IMG/VR virus record: IMGVR_UViG_3300008113_000071 | Span: 1-64,000 of that record | DNA length: 64,000 nt | Direction: 5' to 3' (one strand) | Origin: a virus | In this document: one piece after another, positions 9,002-17,069 of the stretch | Layout: the number at the start of each line of letters is the position of its first letter | Numbering within the stretch: the first letter of the stretch is position 1 | Made by a program: the position numbers and the translations under genes | The notes under the pieces: model-generated | Database searches by the model: none | What the model was told of the DNA's origin: nothing | What the model saw: the letters and a program-made list of their open reading frames with translations, nothing else

Positions 9002-9364
9002 TTAATAGGATTTTTCTTCTACAAGAGTTGATCCTGTAGAAAGGTTAATTGATTTTTTAATTGATGCACGTTCATCATTTAGCTTGTACACTGATCGTGC
9101 TAGTGTAATAAAATAATCATCGAATCTTTCTTGCTGTTCACATAATCTAAGTTCATCTTCTACATCCCACAACTTCTCATTGACTGCTCTTAAAGCTAGA
9201 TGGGTCTTATATTTAAAACCTCTCATTCTTTCAATTGCTGTGGTTAATAAGGAAAGTTCTTTCTTTATGTTCTCTAGCTTTGATTCATCTGTTATTCTTT
9301 CTTTCTTAATGCAAAGAATAGTATACTTATCTACTATTTCTCCATTTGATACTTCTATTTGCAT
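9002..9364 (-). CDS. DUF6165-like protein
   Basis: VSNGEIVDKYTILCIK...VNEKLWDVED.LR...ARSVYKLNDERA.IK..IN...GS.LVEEKSY matches the remembered family pattern. Confidence 0.8.
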   Translation of the reverse strand: MQIEVSNGEIVDKYTILCIKKERITDESKLENIKKELSLLTTAIERMRGFKYKTHLALRAVNEKLWDVEDELRLCEQQERFDDYFITLARSVYKLNDERASIKKSINLSTGSTLVEEKSY

Positions 9365-9406
9365 AATGTGTAACGATTAACCTATACATCGTGAGGTTTT
9401 GATTTA

Positions 9407-9733
9407 TTAAGCTACGAAATATTGTTTGATTGTAACAACACGCATTCCATCAAATTTATGTGTTGATACAATAGATTCGTGAATAGGTGTTGAAACACTT
9501 ACTCTTTTCTGGTTCTTTGTATTTACACTTTTAAAGGATGTGCTGTTAACTGAAAAACCTTTAACTTTGGTTCTTAGACCACCATACCAAGCTTGACTAA
9601 CTGCTGATTGTGTTACGTTTAATTCATCAGCCACTCTTGAAAATGCTTCCTTAAGATTGTTTGGTGAATCTTGTACATGTCTTGATACTGTTTCAATTGC
9701 TTTTTTGCTTGACCATTTCATTAATTTTCTCAT
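9407..9733 (-). CDS. putative HTH DNA-binding protein
   Basis: AFSRVADELNVTQSAVSQAWY is HTH-like. Confidence 0.55.
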   Translation of the reverse strand: MRKLMKWSSKKAIETVSRHVQDSPNNLKEAFSRVADELNVTQSAVSQAWYGGLRTKVKGFSVNSTSFKSVNTKNQKRVSVSTPIHESIVSTHKFDGMRVVTIKQYFVA

Positions 9734-9745
9734 GATTTCTAGTTT

Positions 9746-9997
9746 TTAAATTGTTTGTGAATTGTTTTTGTTTTTGATTCTGTTCATAATCTCTTGTTGT
9801 CTGTAGGACAAAGGAGTTGCTTGTTTCGAGATGCTCTTGAGAAAATCTTTTTCCCATTGAGTAAGAGGTTTAGAAACCTTGTTCTTATTCTTACCAATCT
9901 TCGATTTAGCTTTCTTTTGTTCTATCTGCTTACGAGATTTACCTTTTAGTGAGCCTGCTTTGAATAGAAAGATATCACTATTCCAAATGCTGCCCAT
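9746..9997 (-). CDS. basic hypothetical protein
   Basis: Lys-rich 83-aa ORF. Confidence 0.6.
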   Translation of the reverse strand: MGSIWNSDIFLFKAGSLKGKSRKQIEQKKAKSKIGKNKNKVSKPLTQWEKDFLKSISKQATPLSYRQQEIMNRIKNKNNSQTI

Positions 9998-9999
9998 GA

Positions 10000-10215
10000 C
10001 TAATTGTTTCTTTGTTGTGTGAATCTAATTAGCATCACTGTATATAGAATACAGAATAGAATAAATCCTAATGCTATTTCCTTACTAAGTAAGGTTAATA
10101 GAATAGCAATAGCAAATACAATTGCTGTACCTATTAATGATGATGTTGCTGATGTGTAAGAACTCTTTTGCTCCTTGGCAATAATAGGCTCTTTAAATTT
10201 GTTCTGTGCTTTCAT
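10000..10215 (-). CDS. small membrane protein
   Basis: Two TM-like segments. Confidence 0.6.
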   Translation of the reverse strand: MKAQNKFKEPIIAKEQKSSYTSATSSLIGTAIVFAIAILLTLLSKEIALGFILFCILYTVMLIRFTQQRNN

Positions 10216-10399
10216 TGTTTAATTGTTTTCTAATGTTCCATTCTAATTCTCTTTGGTGTTGTTCATTACAATCAGAACAAACCATAAGACCAATAATCTC
10301 ACCATATAATATCTCTGTAATAGGATATACATAATCAGTCTTACCATAACACATATCACAATGTGTAATACATGCTTTCTTTGTTTTTACTGCTTTCAT
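10193..10399 (-). CDS. small Zn-finger protein
   Basis: CDMC...CSDC; start moved to MKAVKT at 10399. Confidence 0.6.
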   Translation of the reverse strand: MKAVKTKKACITHCDMCYGKTDYVYPITEILYGEIIGLMVCSDCNEQHQRELEWNIRKQLNNESTEQI

Positions 10400-10403
10400 T
10401 GTT

Positions 10404-10520
10404 CTAACGTCTAAATGTTGTACATTGATTACCATAATTTGCTCTCATCTTTGTTGGATAACAAGATGTTGTAATACATGTAGCTACTACACATACCACT
10501 AATAATTTAATTGCTTTCAT
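10404..10520 (-). CDS. putative small lipoprotein (38 aa)
   Basis: Not in track. MKAIKLLVVCVVATCITTSC-YPTKMRANYGNQCTTFRR has a basic N-region, an h-region and a lipobox-like TTSC. Confidence 0.6.
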   Translation of the reverse strand: MKAIKLLVVCVVATCITTSCYPTKMRANYGNQCTTFRR

Positions 10521-10539
10521 TGTTTCTGTGTGTGTAAAT

Positions 10540-10572
10540 AAAAAAAGCACAGGGCTCACTACTTCCCTGTGC
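10540..10572 (-). terminator. intrinsic terminator
   Basis: GCACAGGG...CCCTGTGC stem followed by T7 on the minus strand. Confidence 0.75.
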
Positions 10573-10622
10573 ATTAACTAACCAATTATAAACTAACCAT
10601 CATCTAGCAACCCTTAGTAGAA

Positions 10623-10877
10623 TCAGCTAGACAATTTCTTCAAACGTGCTTTACGTTCTTCTTTCTGCTCATATAAATGAGGAAACTTTGTTTGTATAAT
10701 AGCAGTGAGTCTATTGTACACTGCTGTATTTAATCCTATTGTAGCACCCTTACTATATAATGTGTTCCATAGGAATACAGGATCGTTACTAATTAACCAT
10801 CCAACTCTTTTCCAAATAGTCTTGCCATTCTCATCAACAGAATAGGCAATCATTGTTAAATCATCATGTTTAGCCAT
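10623..10877 (-). CDS. hypothetical protein
   Basis: 84-aa ORF. Confidence 0.6.
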   Translation of the reverse strand: MAKHDDLTMIAYSVDENGKTIWKRVGWLISNDPVFLWNTLYSKGATIGLNTAVYNRLTAIIQTKFPHLYEQKEERKARLKKLSS

Positions 10878-10884
10878 ATGCGTA

Positions 10885-11124
10885 TTAATCTTCTAATTCT
10901 TCTTCCTCTAATTGTTCTATCAGTTCTTTCAGAATATCAATCTGAGCTCTCACTTCATTATAAGATTCAACAGATTGTACATATTCATCAGCAGAAGCCC
11001 AAGAACCATTTTCAACATCTTCAATAATTCTATAATGTTTTGCATTTAGAAAACCTATACTTCCTACTTGATCTGTTTTAAGTTCTTCTATTTTAGCTTC
11101 TAAAACTTTAATAAACTTTTCCAT
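10885..11124 (-). CDS. acidic coiled-coil hypothetical protein
   Basis: 79-aa ORF. Confidence 0.6.
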   Translation of the reverse strand: MEKFIKVLEAKIEELKTDQVGSIGFLNAKHYRIIEDVENGSWASADEYVQSVESYNEVRAQIDILKELIEQLEEEELED

Positions 11125-11166
11125 ATTGTTGTTTTTTAATTATAATCAAGGCCTCTCACCTATTTG

Positions 11167-11233
11167 TATGTTTGTAGCTAACATATAAGCTCTATTAAAA
11201 TAAAAGCAGTTTGTATAGACATGCTTAGGTCTA
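11167..11233 (-). ncRNA. two tandem predicted H-type pseudoknots in an intergenic leader
   Basis: TAGAC-CT-AAGCA-T-GTCTA-TACAAAC-TGCTT and AGCT-TA-TATGTT-AGCT-ACA-AACATA. Confidence 0.5.
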
Positions 11234-11245
11234 ACTTAAGTGTGT

Positions 11246-11458
11246 TTAAAATCCTAAATCCCATTTAAGCTGTATATACATCTCTCTTGCTGGAAGAATA
11301 GCTAACCACCAACCAAAGAACATACTATATACTGTTCTCCAACCATCGTTAGTTATAATCTGTGTATAAGGCTTAAATATAATACCCACCAAGGATATAA
11401 TATAGAATATACATATAAAGGATAATACATATATTGTTATTAATGCTAATGTTTTCAT
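11246..11458 (-). CDS. small membrane protein
   Basis: Hydrophobic N-terminus and FFGWW segment. Confidence 0.6.
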   Translation of the reverse strand: MKTLALITIYVLSFICIFYIISLVGIIFKPYTQIITNDGWRTVYSMFFGWWLAILPAREMYIQLKWDLGF

Positions 11459-11489
11459 TGTTCTGTTTAGTTTAGTTTAAATTGATTTG

Positions 11490-11660
11490 TTATTTAATAT
11501 ACTTACATCTATTGAGCATATCTAAATGATCTTCCTCTGTACCAATAAAGAACCACTTATCTATCTTTCTATCAACTCTTGCTAATAGTTTAGTTCTCAA
11601 CACTGGTAATAGATAATTGTATTGTTCTCTTGTTATTTGAAATGAATAATCTCTTTGCAT
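11490..11660 (-). CDS. small hypothetical protein (56 aa)
   Basis: Not in track. MQRDYSFQITREQYNYLLP...LNRCKYIK. Confidence 0.55.
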   Translation of the reverse strand: MQRDYSFQITREQYNYLLPVLRTKLLARVDRKIDKWFFIGTEEDHLDMLNRCKYIK

Positions 11661-11880
11661 GTTATTGTTATTTAATATAAGCCCTGTTCAAGCCCATAAT
11701 ATTAATACTCTATATATAGGAACATTATTTAAATATACTATATATAATCTTCAATACCATAAAGAATAGTTTATATATAAATAATACTATAGGTATCATA
11801 AGTATTGCTAGTATCATCTCTATTATATTCATGTTGTTTAATTAATGCTATATATTTCGTTAAGTTTACCCATTTATAGC

Positions 11881-11910
11881 TACCACGTTTTACCACTATT
11901 TACCACTTAC
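11881..11910. repeat. three TACCAC direct repeats with 10-bp period
   Basis: taccacgttt taccactatt taccacttac. Confidence 0.75.
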
Positions 11911-12049
11911 TGTCCCCACCTCACTTCTCATTTGTTCAACAAAAAAGTTTTTACGAGGGAGAAATAAACTTTTTCCTTATATATATAGGAAGATTGTTGG
12001 ATTTAACTACCCACCCAAAGAAGGATCTTTCCCACCCTTATACATGTTT

Positions 12050-12075
12050 AATAAAAGGGGGCTGTTAAGCCCCCA
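12050..12075 (-). terminator. intrinsic terminator after the first leftward gene
   Basis: GGGGCT-TAAC-AGCCCC followed by CTTTTATT on the minus strand. Confidence 0.7.
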
Positions 12076-12080
12076 TTAGA

Positions 12081-12461
12081 TTAAGCAATTAAGTCAGCAA
12101 AAGAAACAGCCTCAACTTTGTAGTCTGTAGCTTTCAAGTCTTTAACAGCAAACTCAATTAAACCACCACCTGGAAGGCTAATGAAAGGAATACCACTCTC
12201 ACCATAAAGAACTTCGAAGTTTAGTAAGTGATCAACCTTGATAGATTTATCACGTAAGCCATCACTAACCTTTTGTGAGCAAGTAACTCCTAAAGAAGTA
12301 CCATCTTCTTTCTTAAGGATAAGCTTAACTCGAACGCTCTCGTTCTTTAAGTTGCTTGGGATAAAAGCTACTGTACCATTTGGACCAATAGCTTTGCCCA
12401 CTGTGCCTAATGAGGTTAGAGTTGACTCTACTGCCTGATAATTTTCGAATACTAATTCCAT
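12081..12461 (-). CDS. first gene of the leftward (early) arm, unknown function
   Basis: 126-aa ORF with its own terminator, immediately after the divergent junction. Confidence 0.75.
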   Translation of the reverse strand: MELVFENYQAVESTLTSLGTVGKAIGPNGTVAFIPSNLKNESVRVKLILKKEDGTSLGVTCSQKVSDGLRDKSIKVDHLLNFEVLYGESGIPFISLPGGGLIEFAVKDLKATDYKVEAVSFADLIA

Positions 12462-12755
12462 TTTGTTTTTGTTTATAAGATTAATAAATTGCTGGGGGGT
12501 ATCCCCAACTTGTCAAATTATGGGTGGGGTAGCAATTGGAGTTAGTCTCCCCTCCCATACATACAAGGCATTGGGGGTATTTAGAAAAAAATTTTTTTCT
12601 CTGGCTCAAACGTCCCACCAGCTATCACACACCCACCAGAGATACACGCTAATTGTTCTCGCCCAATTCTGCAATTGATAGGGCTCATCAGGAAAAATAA
12701 TTCAGCTCATCCTCAGACACTTAAAGCATCAATGTGTTAAATGTGAAAACTGTTG

Positions 12756-12788
12756 TTTGTTAAATGTGAAAAAAATGTTTTATCTTTG
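12756..12788 (+). promoter_or_regulatory. Bacteroidetes sigma-A-type promoter
   Basis: TTTG (12756) - 21 nt - TATCTTTG (12781) matches the -33/-7 consensus TTTG/TAnnTTTG. Confidence 0.75.
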
Positions 12789-12855
12789 GGGGTGGGTGGG
12801 GATGTGGCATGAGAGAACACATTCCTGAATAGCACATGATATTAACAAGAACAAT

Positions 12856-13098
12856 ATGCTTTATTTATTATTAATACTCCTAGCTCTATTGATTATGTCT
12901 TTAGTGTATGGATTTAGAAAACATCTAGGGATAGATTTGGTATTTGAGGTTAATCAATTCTCTAGTCCTTATCACCATTTTGGTATATCATTCTTTGGAG
13001 AAGATGATGAGAGAGGGTTCTTAGCTGAGAAGTTAGTTATAGGGCTAGTGTTTGTTAATGTTGTAATAGTGTTCTACAAGCATAAAGATGAGATTTAA
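12856..13098 (+). CDS. membrane protein
   Basis: N- and C-terminal hydrophobic segments. Confidence 0.6.
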   Translation: MLYLLLILLALLIMSLVYGFRKHLGIDLVFEVNQFSSPYHHFGISFFGEDDERGFLAEKLVIGLVFVNVVIVFYKHKDEI

Positions 13099-13129
13099 TG
13101 CATAATATAGCTTTAGTTAAAATATTTGT

Positions 13130-13161
13130 ATTGTACAATATAATTTAACTGTCTATCTTTG
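13130..13161 (+). promoter_or_regulatory. Bacteroidetes-type promoter
   Basis: ATTG - 20 nt - TATCTTTG (13154). Confidence 0.6.
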
Positions 13162-13180
13162 TAATTAATTACGTAATAAA

Positions 13181-13534
13181 ATGGAACAACCAACAATAAT
13201 AGTCCAGAAGCTTAAGATACAACAGGAGGATGATTTCCTGTTAGCAGAAAAGTATTATTCTATTCTGTCTGTGCTTAATGATTTGAAGCTAACACATAGA
13301 GAGACACAACTCATTGCATTCACAGCTATTAAGGGGAACATTTCTTATAAGCATTTGAGAGAGGAGTTCTGTATTAAGTATAATACTAGCTCTCCTACGA
13401 TTAATAACATGATAAGTAAGCTGAAGAAGATGTCAGTGTTAGTGAAGGATAAGAGTAAGGTGAAGGTTAACCCTGTCATCATCCTTAAGTTTGCTAATGA
13501 TATTAAGCTTGATATAACGTTGTCACATGGATAA
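13181..13534 (+). CDS. RepL-like winged-helix DNA-binding protein
   Basis: SSPTINNMISKLKKMSVL...VNP wHTH pattern; position upstream of TerL as in crAss-like phages. Confidence 0.65.
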   Translation: MEQPTIIVQKLKIQQEDDFLLAEKYYSILSVLNDLKLTHRETQLIAFTAIKGNISYKHLREEFCIKYNTSSPTINNMISKLKKMSVLVKDKSKVKVNPVIILKFANDIKLDITLSHG

Positions 13535-13931
13535 GCCAAGGAGTCTTTCGATAAAGGATTACATCATCAGAAAGATGTCGATTAAGCTAAACACCTCTGA
13601 GAAGATAATAGAATCAGTGGTTAATCACCAGTTCCAGTCAGCGACATTAGCATTCAACGATCAGAAGAGTGTAGAGCTTTCAGGCTTTGGTAAGTTTCTG
13701 TTCAATGAGAAGAAGGCAGTGAAGAAGATGGAGACAATGTTGATTCAGAAGCAGGTGCTAGAACAAACCATTGTAGACGAAACAGCTACAGACAGAAAAC
13801 GTAAAGCTGCAGAAGTAAAACTACAGTCCCTTTTACAGGCAATTGAGATATTAAAACCAAAAATAGATTATGAACCTAAGTCAGATATACGAGGGTTGGA
13901 GGAACAAGTTGATTCCTCCAGCAGCAATTAA
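13527..13931 (+). CDS. IHF/HU-like DNA-binding protein
   Basis: SVELSGFGKF signature. Confidence 0.75.
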   Translation: MDKPRSLSIKDYIIRKMSIKLNTSEKIIESVVNHQFQSATLAFNDQKSVELSGFGKFLFNEKKAVKKMETMLIQKQVLEQTIVDETATDRKRKAAEVKLQSLLQAIEILKPKIDYEPKSDIRGLEEQVDSSSSN

Positions 13932-14181
13932 AGATATTATTCAAGAGACTAGTGAAGACAGAATGCTTGTATGCAATGCATGTCCTCACCATTCTAAGAA
14001 TCATAAGAGTGTTAGACCAGATGCACATTGCACATATTGTGGATGTACATTGTCAGCTAAAACAAAATGCTTATCTTGCAGCTGTCCCATAAAGAAATGG
14101 GAAGCTGTATTGACAGCAGAACAAGAGCAAGAGATTAAAGGTAATGGAGGAGAACAACAAAAAGAAGGAAGTGATTCTTAG
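13870..14181 (+). CDS. Cys-rich Zn-binding protein
   Basis: R..VCNACP...CTYCGC.L.AKTKC...CP.KKW. Confidence 0.7.
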   Translation: MNLSQIYEGWRNKLIPPAAIKDIIQETSEDRMLVCNACPHHSKNHKSVRPDAHCTYCGCTLSAKTKCLSCSCPIKKWEAVLTAEQEQEIKGNGGEQQKEGSDS

Positions 14182-14431
14182 AAAGATAGCCCTTCAAAAG
14201 TTTATTGAAACATTAGTAGATGTATACAATTCAGGTGCTGATTATGTAGACATTATTGGAACCCCTGACGAGAATCAAGATACTATAGGTATTGTTGTTC
14301 ATGAGGAATATCTTTCTAAGGATGATATGCAGATTGAATTTATTGTTGATGATGAAGAGGATGAGGAAGAAGAATATATAGAACCAAATGATAAACCACT
14401 GTCTGATGAGGACATAAATGATTTGATATGA
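14144..14431 (+). CDS. acidic hypothetical protein
   Basis: 95 aa with D/E-rich tail. Confidence 0.65.
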   Translation: MEENNKKKEVILRKIALQKFIETLVDVYNSGADYVDIIGTPDENQDTIGIVVHEEYLSKDDMQIEFIVDDEEDEEEEYIEPNDKPLSDEDINDLI

Positions 14432-14700
14432 GCAGGAAACCATCAGATTTCAGCCAAATAATTACATTGCTGAATGAGCTACACAAAAGCTTTCCTAAGT
14501 ATAATATAGGAAGACACATATCAACAGCCCTAGATGGGTCTGATTTATGGGGAATATCAGACAAACAATTACTTGCTGCATTACAGAAGTATAGAGAGGA
14601 AAGAGAAATAGATAGTCCTTATACAAACGAAAGAGAGCTAGATGCCATTATAAGTGATGGTATGAATCTAGATCACTTGTTTGATGAAGACGAATACTAA
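14428..14700 (+). CDS. hypothetical protein
   Basis: 90 aa, coupled to neighbours. Confidence 0.65.
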   Translation: MSRKPSDFSQIITLLNELHKSFPKYNIGRHISTALDGSDLWGISDKQLLAALQKYREEREIDSPYTNERELDAIISDGMNLDHLFDEDEY

Positions 14701-14712
14701 AACAACCATATA

Positions 14713-15045
14713 ATGGCAAAGAATACCAAAACTACATATATAAACACTGAGCTCGATTGGGCTGAGGAACAATTATCATCTTGGAAAGCATATGTTGATG
14801 CTAATCCAATGCATGAATTAAAAGATAGAATTGAATGGAAACCTACAGCTAAAGGAGGAATGTTACCAATGGTGATTGCTTCAATAGAATCACAGGGTAA
14901 ATTCATCCAGGAAACTATGAAGAACTACCTTGCTTTATTAGAAGTGGTAGATAAACTACGTAGTGTTGAAGAAGCTAAGGTGGAAGTGAGAGGTAAAGTG
15001 GAGATGTCTTCTATGGCAGAGAAGTGGATGAAGAATAGAAAATAA
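14713..15045 (+). CDS. candidate terminase small subunit
   Basis: Helical 110-aa protein directly coupled to TerL (TAATG). Confidence 0.45.
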   Translation: MAKNTKTTYINTELDWAEEQLSSWKAYVDANPMHELKDRIEWKPTAKGGMLPMVIASIESQGKFIQETMKNYLALLEVVDKLRSVEEAKVEVRGKVEMSSMAEKWMKNRK

Positions 15046-17069
15046 TGGAGATACAACATATAGATTACTCAGACTGGTTCCTTAACCAGAAACGTATTCC
15101 AGATAAGGAGAGCGAAGAGTATGATATGTTCTTTGACTTTCATAGGGAACTATGTACAAATGGTGCAATGATGAATGGTGTATATATAAACCCATTCTTA
15201 TATTGGCATTTAAACATCTGGCATACAGAGGTGGATGTTATGGATGAGAGAGGTAGAATTGCACAGAAATATGCTAATCCTTTACTTAGAGATAATGAAT
15301 GGTTAGTAACCAATGAGATAGATAGGGCACATGCAGAGAAAAAAGGACTAGTAATCCTTGGTATTCGACGTTTTGCTAAGTCTGTTATTGAGGCTAGTTA
15401 TATAGGATGGGGAGCTACATTTGATGAGAACTCCCAGAACATTATTGCTGGTTTGAATGCACCAGATATAAAACTAATCACAGATAAGATTGATAAAGGA
15501 TTAAACTTCTTACCAGAAGCGTGGAGATGGCAAAGAATTGAGGATAACTGGAAGAACCAAGTGACACTTGGAATTAAGACTAAATCAGGAGAGAGAATAC
15601 CATTCTCTCAGATTCTTATACGTAACTTAGATGAAGGTAATAATGAAGAGGCTATCGCAGGTACTAAACCTAGAAAGCTAATCATTGATGAGATTGGTAA
15701 AGGTAATTTCTTAAGAGGTTTGCAAGCAGCAACACCAGGTTTTACAACACCATTTGGTTGGGGTTGTTCTCCTATTTTAACAGGAACTGGTGGTGATATG
15801 AAGAAGTTCATGGATGCAAAGAGCTTAATGTTTGATGTAAACAACTTTAACTTCCTAGAATATAACAACCAAAAGGATGAAAATAGAATACATGGCTTAT
15901 TCATTTCTGCTAAATACAGGATGGAAGCTAAAGAGGAATCTACACTTGGAGCTTATCTCAATGAGCCAGAGTCTAGTGATCTCAATAACGTACCAATGTT
16001 AGTTAGTAATGAAGAGAAAGCTATTCAACTAACTAATGATAACCTAGATAAACTCAAAAAAGCTGGTGATAGAATCGCCTATCTCAAAGAGAAAATGTAC
16101 TATCCACAAGAAGTGGATGATATATTCTTGAATGAAGATACCAATATATTTGATATTGAAGCAGCTAAACGTCAGAAGATCAGACTTTTACAACAAGAAC
16201 GCACAGGAACACCTGTAGTTTTGTATAGTGAAGATGGAACTATCAAACATGAGTTTACAGATAAACAACCAATAACCAACTTCCCATTAAAGAATTCAGA
16301 TCAAAAAGATGCTCCTGTAATTATATATGAGTTTCCTATTGAGAATCCTCCTTATGGGTTATATGTTGCTGGAGTCGATCCATATAGACAAGGAAAATCT
16401 GAATATAGCTCATCATTAGGATCTGTATACATATATAAACGTATGCATGAAATCACTGGTGAGAAGTATCAAGATATGTTTGTAGCAAGTTATTGTGCTC
16501 GTCCTGATAAGAAAGAAACTTGGGAAGAACAAGCTCGCTATTTAATTAAATACTTTAATGCTAGAACTCTCGTGGAAAATGACGAGATTAGCTTTATTGA
16601 ATATATGAAATCTAAGGGAGATGCTCATTATTTAGAACGTCAACCACAATGGTTAATGGAAGTTGTTCCTAATACCACTGTAAGACGTGAGTATGGTATA
16701 CATAGATCCTCTGAGAAGATAAGAAACTATTTGCATAGCTGTCTTAAGAACTATATGGAGGAAGTGATATACACAGAAAAGGATGAAGAGGGTAATGTAA
16801 CTAAAGAGTTACAAGGTGTTGGTAAGATATTTGATCCTGTCCTATTAGAAGAGATTATACAATATAATGATTCTGGTAACTTTGATAGAATCATTGCTGC
16901 TGAGCTTGCAATAGCTCAAGCTTTGAAAATGAACCCTATCATGGGAAAAGTTGGTGGTAGTGGAGATGAAAGAATAGTATCAATGTTTAAACCAAACAAA
17001 AAGAATCAATTATTTACAGAGTCAAGAGGACTCTTTCATACAAAGAAAAAAAATAAACTGTTCACGTAA
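15045..17069 (+). CDS. terL: terminase large subunit
   Basis: Walker A-like RRFAKS, Walker B LIIDEIG, TGTGG, nuclease AGVDP and NFD; followed by the portal. Confidence 0.92.
   Translation: MEIQHIDYSDWFLNQKRIPDKESEEYDMFFDFHRELCTNGAMMNGVYINPFLYWHLNIWHTEVDVMDERGRIAQKYANPLLRDNEWLVTNEIDRAHAEKKGLVILGIRRFAKSVIEASYIGWGATFDENSQNIIAGLNAPDIKLITDKIDKGLNFLPEAWRWQRIEDNWKNQVTLGIKTKSGERIPFSQILIRNLDEGNNEEAIAGTKPRKLIIDEIGKGNFLRGLQAATPGFTTPFGWGCSPILTGTGGDMKKFMDAKSLMFDVNNFNFLEYNNQKDENRIHGLFISAKYRMEAKEESTLGAYLNEPESSDLNNVPMLVSNEEKAIQLTNDNLDKLKKAGDRIAYLKEKMYYPQEVDDIFLNEDTNIFDIEAAKRQKIRLLQQERTGTPVVLYSEDGTIKHEFTDKQPITNFPLKNSDQKDAPVIIYEFPIENPPYGLYVAGVDPYRQGKSEYSSSLGSVYIYKRMHEITGEKYQDMFVASYCARPDKKETWEEQARYLIKYFNARTLVENDEISFIEYMKSKGDAHYLERQPQWLMEVVPNTTVRREYGIHRSSEKIRNYLHSCLKNYMEEVIYTEKDEEGNVTKELQGVGKIFDPVLLEEIIQYNDSGNFDRIIAAELAIAQALKMNPIMGKVGGSGDERIVSMFKPNKKNQLFTESRGLFHTKKKNKLFT

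Noticed and set aside
12463-12678. 71-aa plus-strand ORF in the junction
   Set aside because: TTG start, overlaps the G/C motif cluster and lies upstream of the late promoter; probably non-coding.
15355-15385. Intein or intron at the TerL Walker A (RRFAKS)
   Set aside because: The protein is contiguous and of normal length; only a Gly-to-Ala variant is seen.
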